Assembly (NCBI GenBank): GCA_009392295.1
Contig: VFGW01000020.1
Coordinates: 4,616 to 68,615, forward strand
Length of the DNA: 64,000 nucleotides
Direction: 5' to 3'
DNA from: SAR202 cluster bacterium
Lineage (GTDB): Bacteria > Chloroflexota > Dehalococcoidia > Lucifugimonadales > GCA-2719675
The translations under genes and the position numbers were made by a program. The notes beneath the pieces were generated by a model. It made no database searches. It was given only the letters and a program-made list of their open reading frames with translations, and was not told the DNA's origin. Below are positions 63,790 to 64,000 of this stretch, in pieces (the stretch's first letter is position 1; the number at the start of each line of letters is the position of its first letter).

Positions 63790-64000
63790 CTATATGGGTA
63801 TTTTAAATAACATATCATATGAATTTTTTGATGTGATTTTTTGTAATTCATTAATGTCACAATCATACAGTGAAGACAATTTTTCTGCTATATCATATAA
63901 ATGTCTAGGTTCAGTCCATTTTTCTCTATTTTTTTTAAATGGTTGAGGTGCAGAATCAGTTTCTAAAACAATCTTATTTAATGGAATATTTTTAACTGTT
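63790..64000 (-). CDS. TatD-family metal-dependent hydrolase, C-terminal 69 aa (gene continues beyond window end)
   Basis: Not in the ORF track because there is no start in the window. Minus-strand translation gives ..VKNIPLNKIVLETDSAPQPFKKNREKWTEPRHLYDIAEKLSSLYDCDINELQKITSKNSYDMLFKIPI*, matching the TatD/YcfH C-terminus (LLETDSPYL.P...RGK.NEP..v..va..la...g.s.eel...t..N...lF). Confidence 0.6.
   Translation of the reverse strand, partial: TVKNIPLNKIVLETDSAPQPFKKNREKWTEPRHLYDIAEKLSSLYDCDINELQKITSKNSYDMLFKIPI

Overview
The window is a very AT-rich (about 30% G+C by eye, not computed), tightly packed bacterial chromosomal segment. I support about 66 protein-coding genes and 3 tRNAs (tRNA-Sec, tRNA-Gln-CUG, tRNA-Glu-CUC). 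I found no rRNA, CRISPR array, transposase, integrase or phage genes. Many neighbouring genes overlap at start/stop (ATGA, TAATG), and terminator hairpins are almost absent, as in streamlined genomes.

Gene content:
- Housekeeping: a dnaB - dnaD-like - dnaC/dnaI-like operon, rarA, coaE, trxA, a NifS/IscS-type desulfurase, aroC, gatB, secG, cysS, ispD/ispF and panE.
- Selenocysteine decoding: selA and tRNA-Sec.
- Nickel biology: larC, a larA-like gene, and Ni-superoxide dismutase sodN with its sodX protease.
- A CbbQ/NorQ-type AAA+ gene with a VWA partner.
- A T4-endonuclease-V-type pyrimidine-dimer glycosylase.
- Many small-molecule catabolic enzymes: enolase superfamily, RraA-like, aspartase/fumarase, threonine aldolase, amidohydrolase-2, MDR/SDR/Fe-ADH dehydrogenases and a class-III aminotransferase.
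- A NitT/TauT-type ABC importer and an MFS transporter.

I found no classical defence or mobile system. The items most worth a second look are:
1. A co-directional string: coaE, the CbbQ-like AAA+, a CoA-type NUDIX, an oversized VWA protein, larC, nifS, trxA and tRNA-Sec. No known client enzyme lies nearby.
2. A helicase-loader gene with two complete DnaC/IstB-type AAA+ modules.
3. A single-chain triple RidA-fold protein that lacks the catalytic Arg in all three repeats.
4. A secreted VWA (degenerate MIDAS) - TM - FHA-like protein.
5. A GC-rich structured island with a strong Shine-Dalgarno and a 17-codon mini-ORF in a divergent intergenic region.
6. Two Fur-family-like palindromic boxes bracketing a promoter.

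All calls are motif-level readings made by eye. No database search was run.
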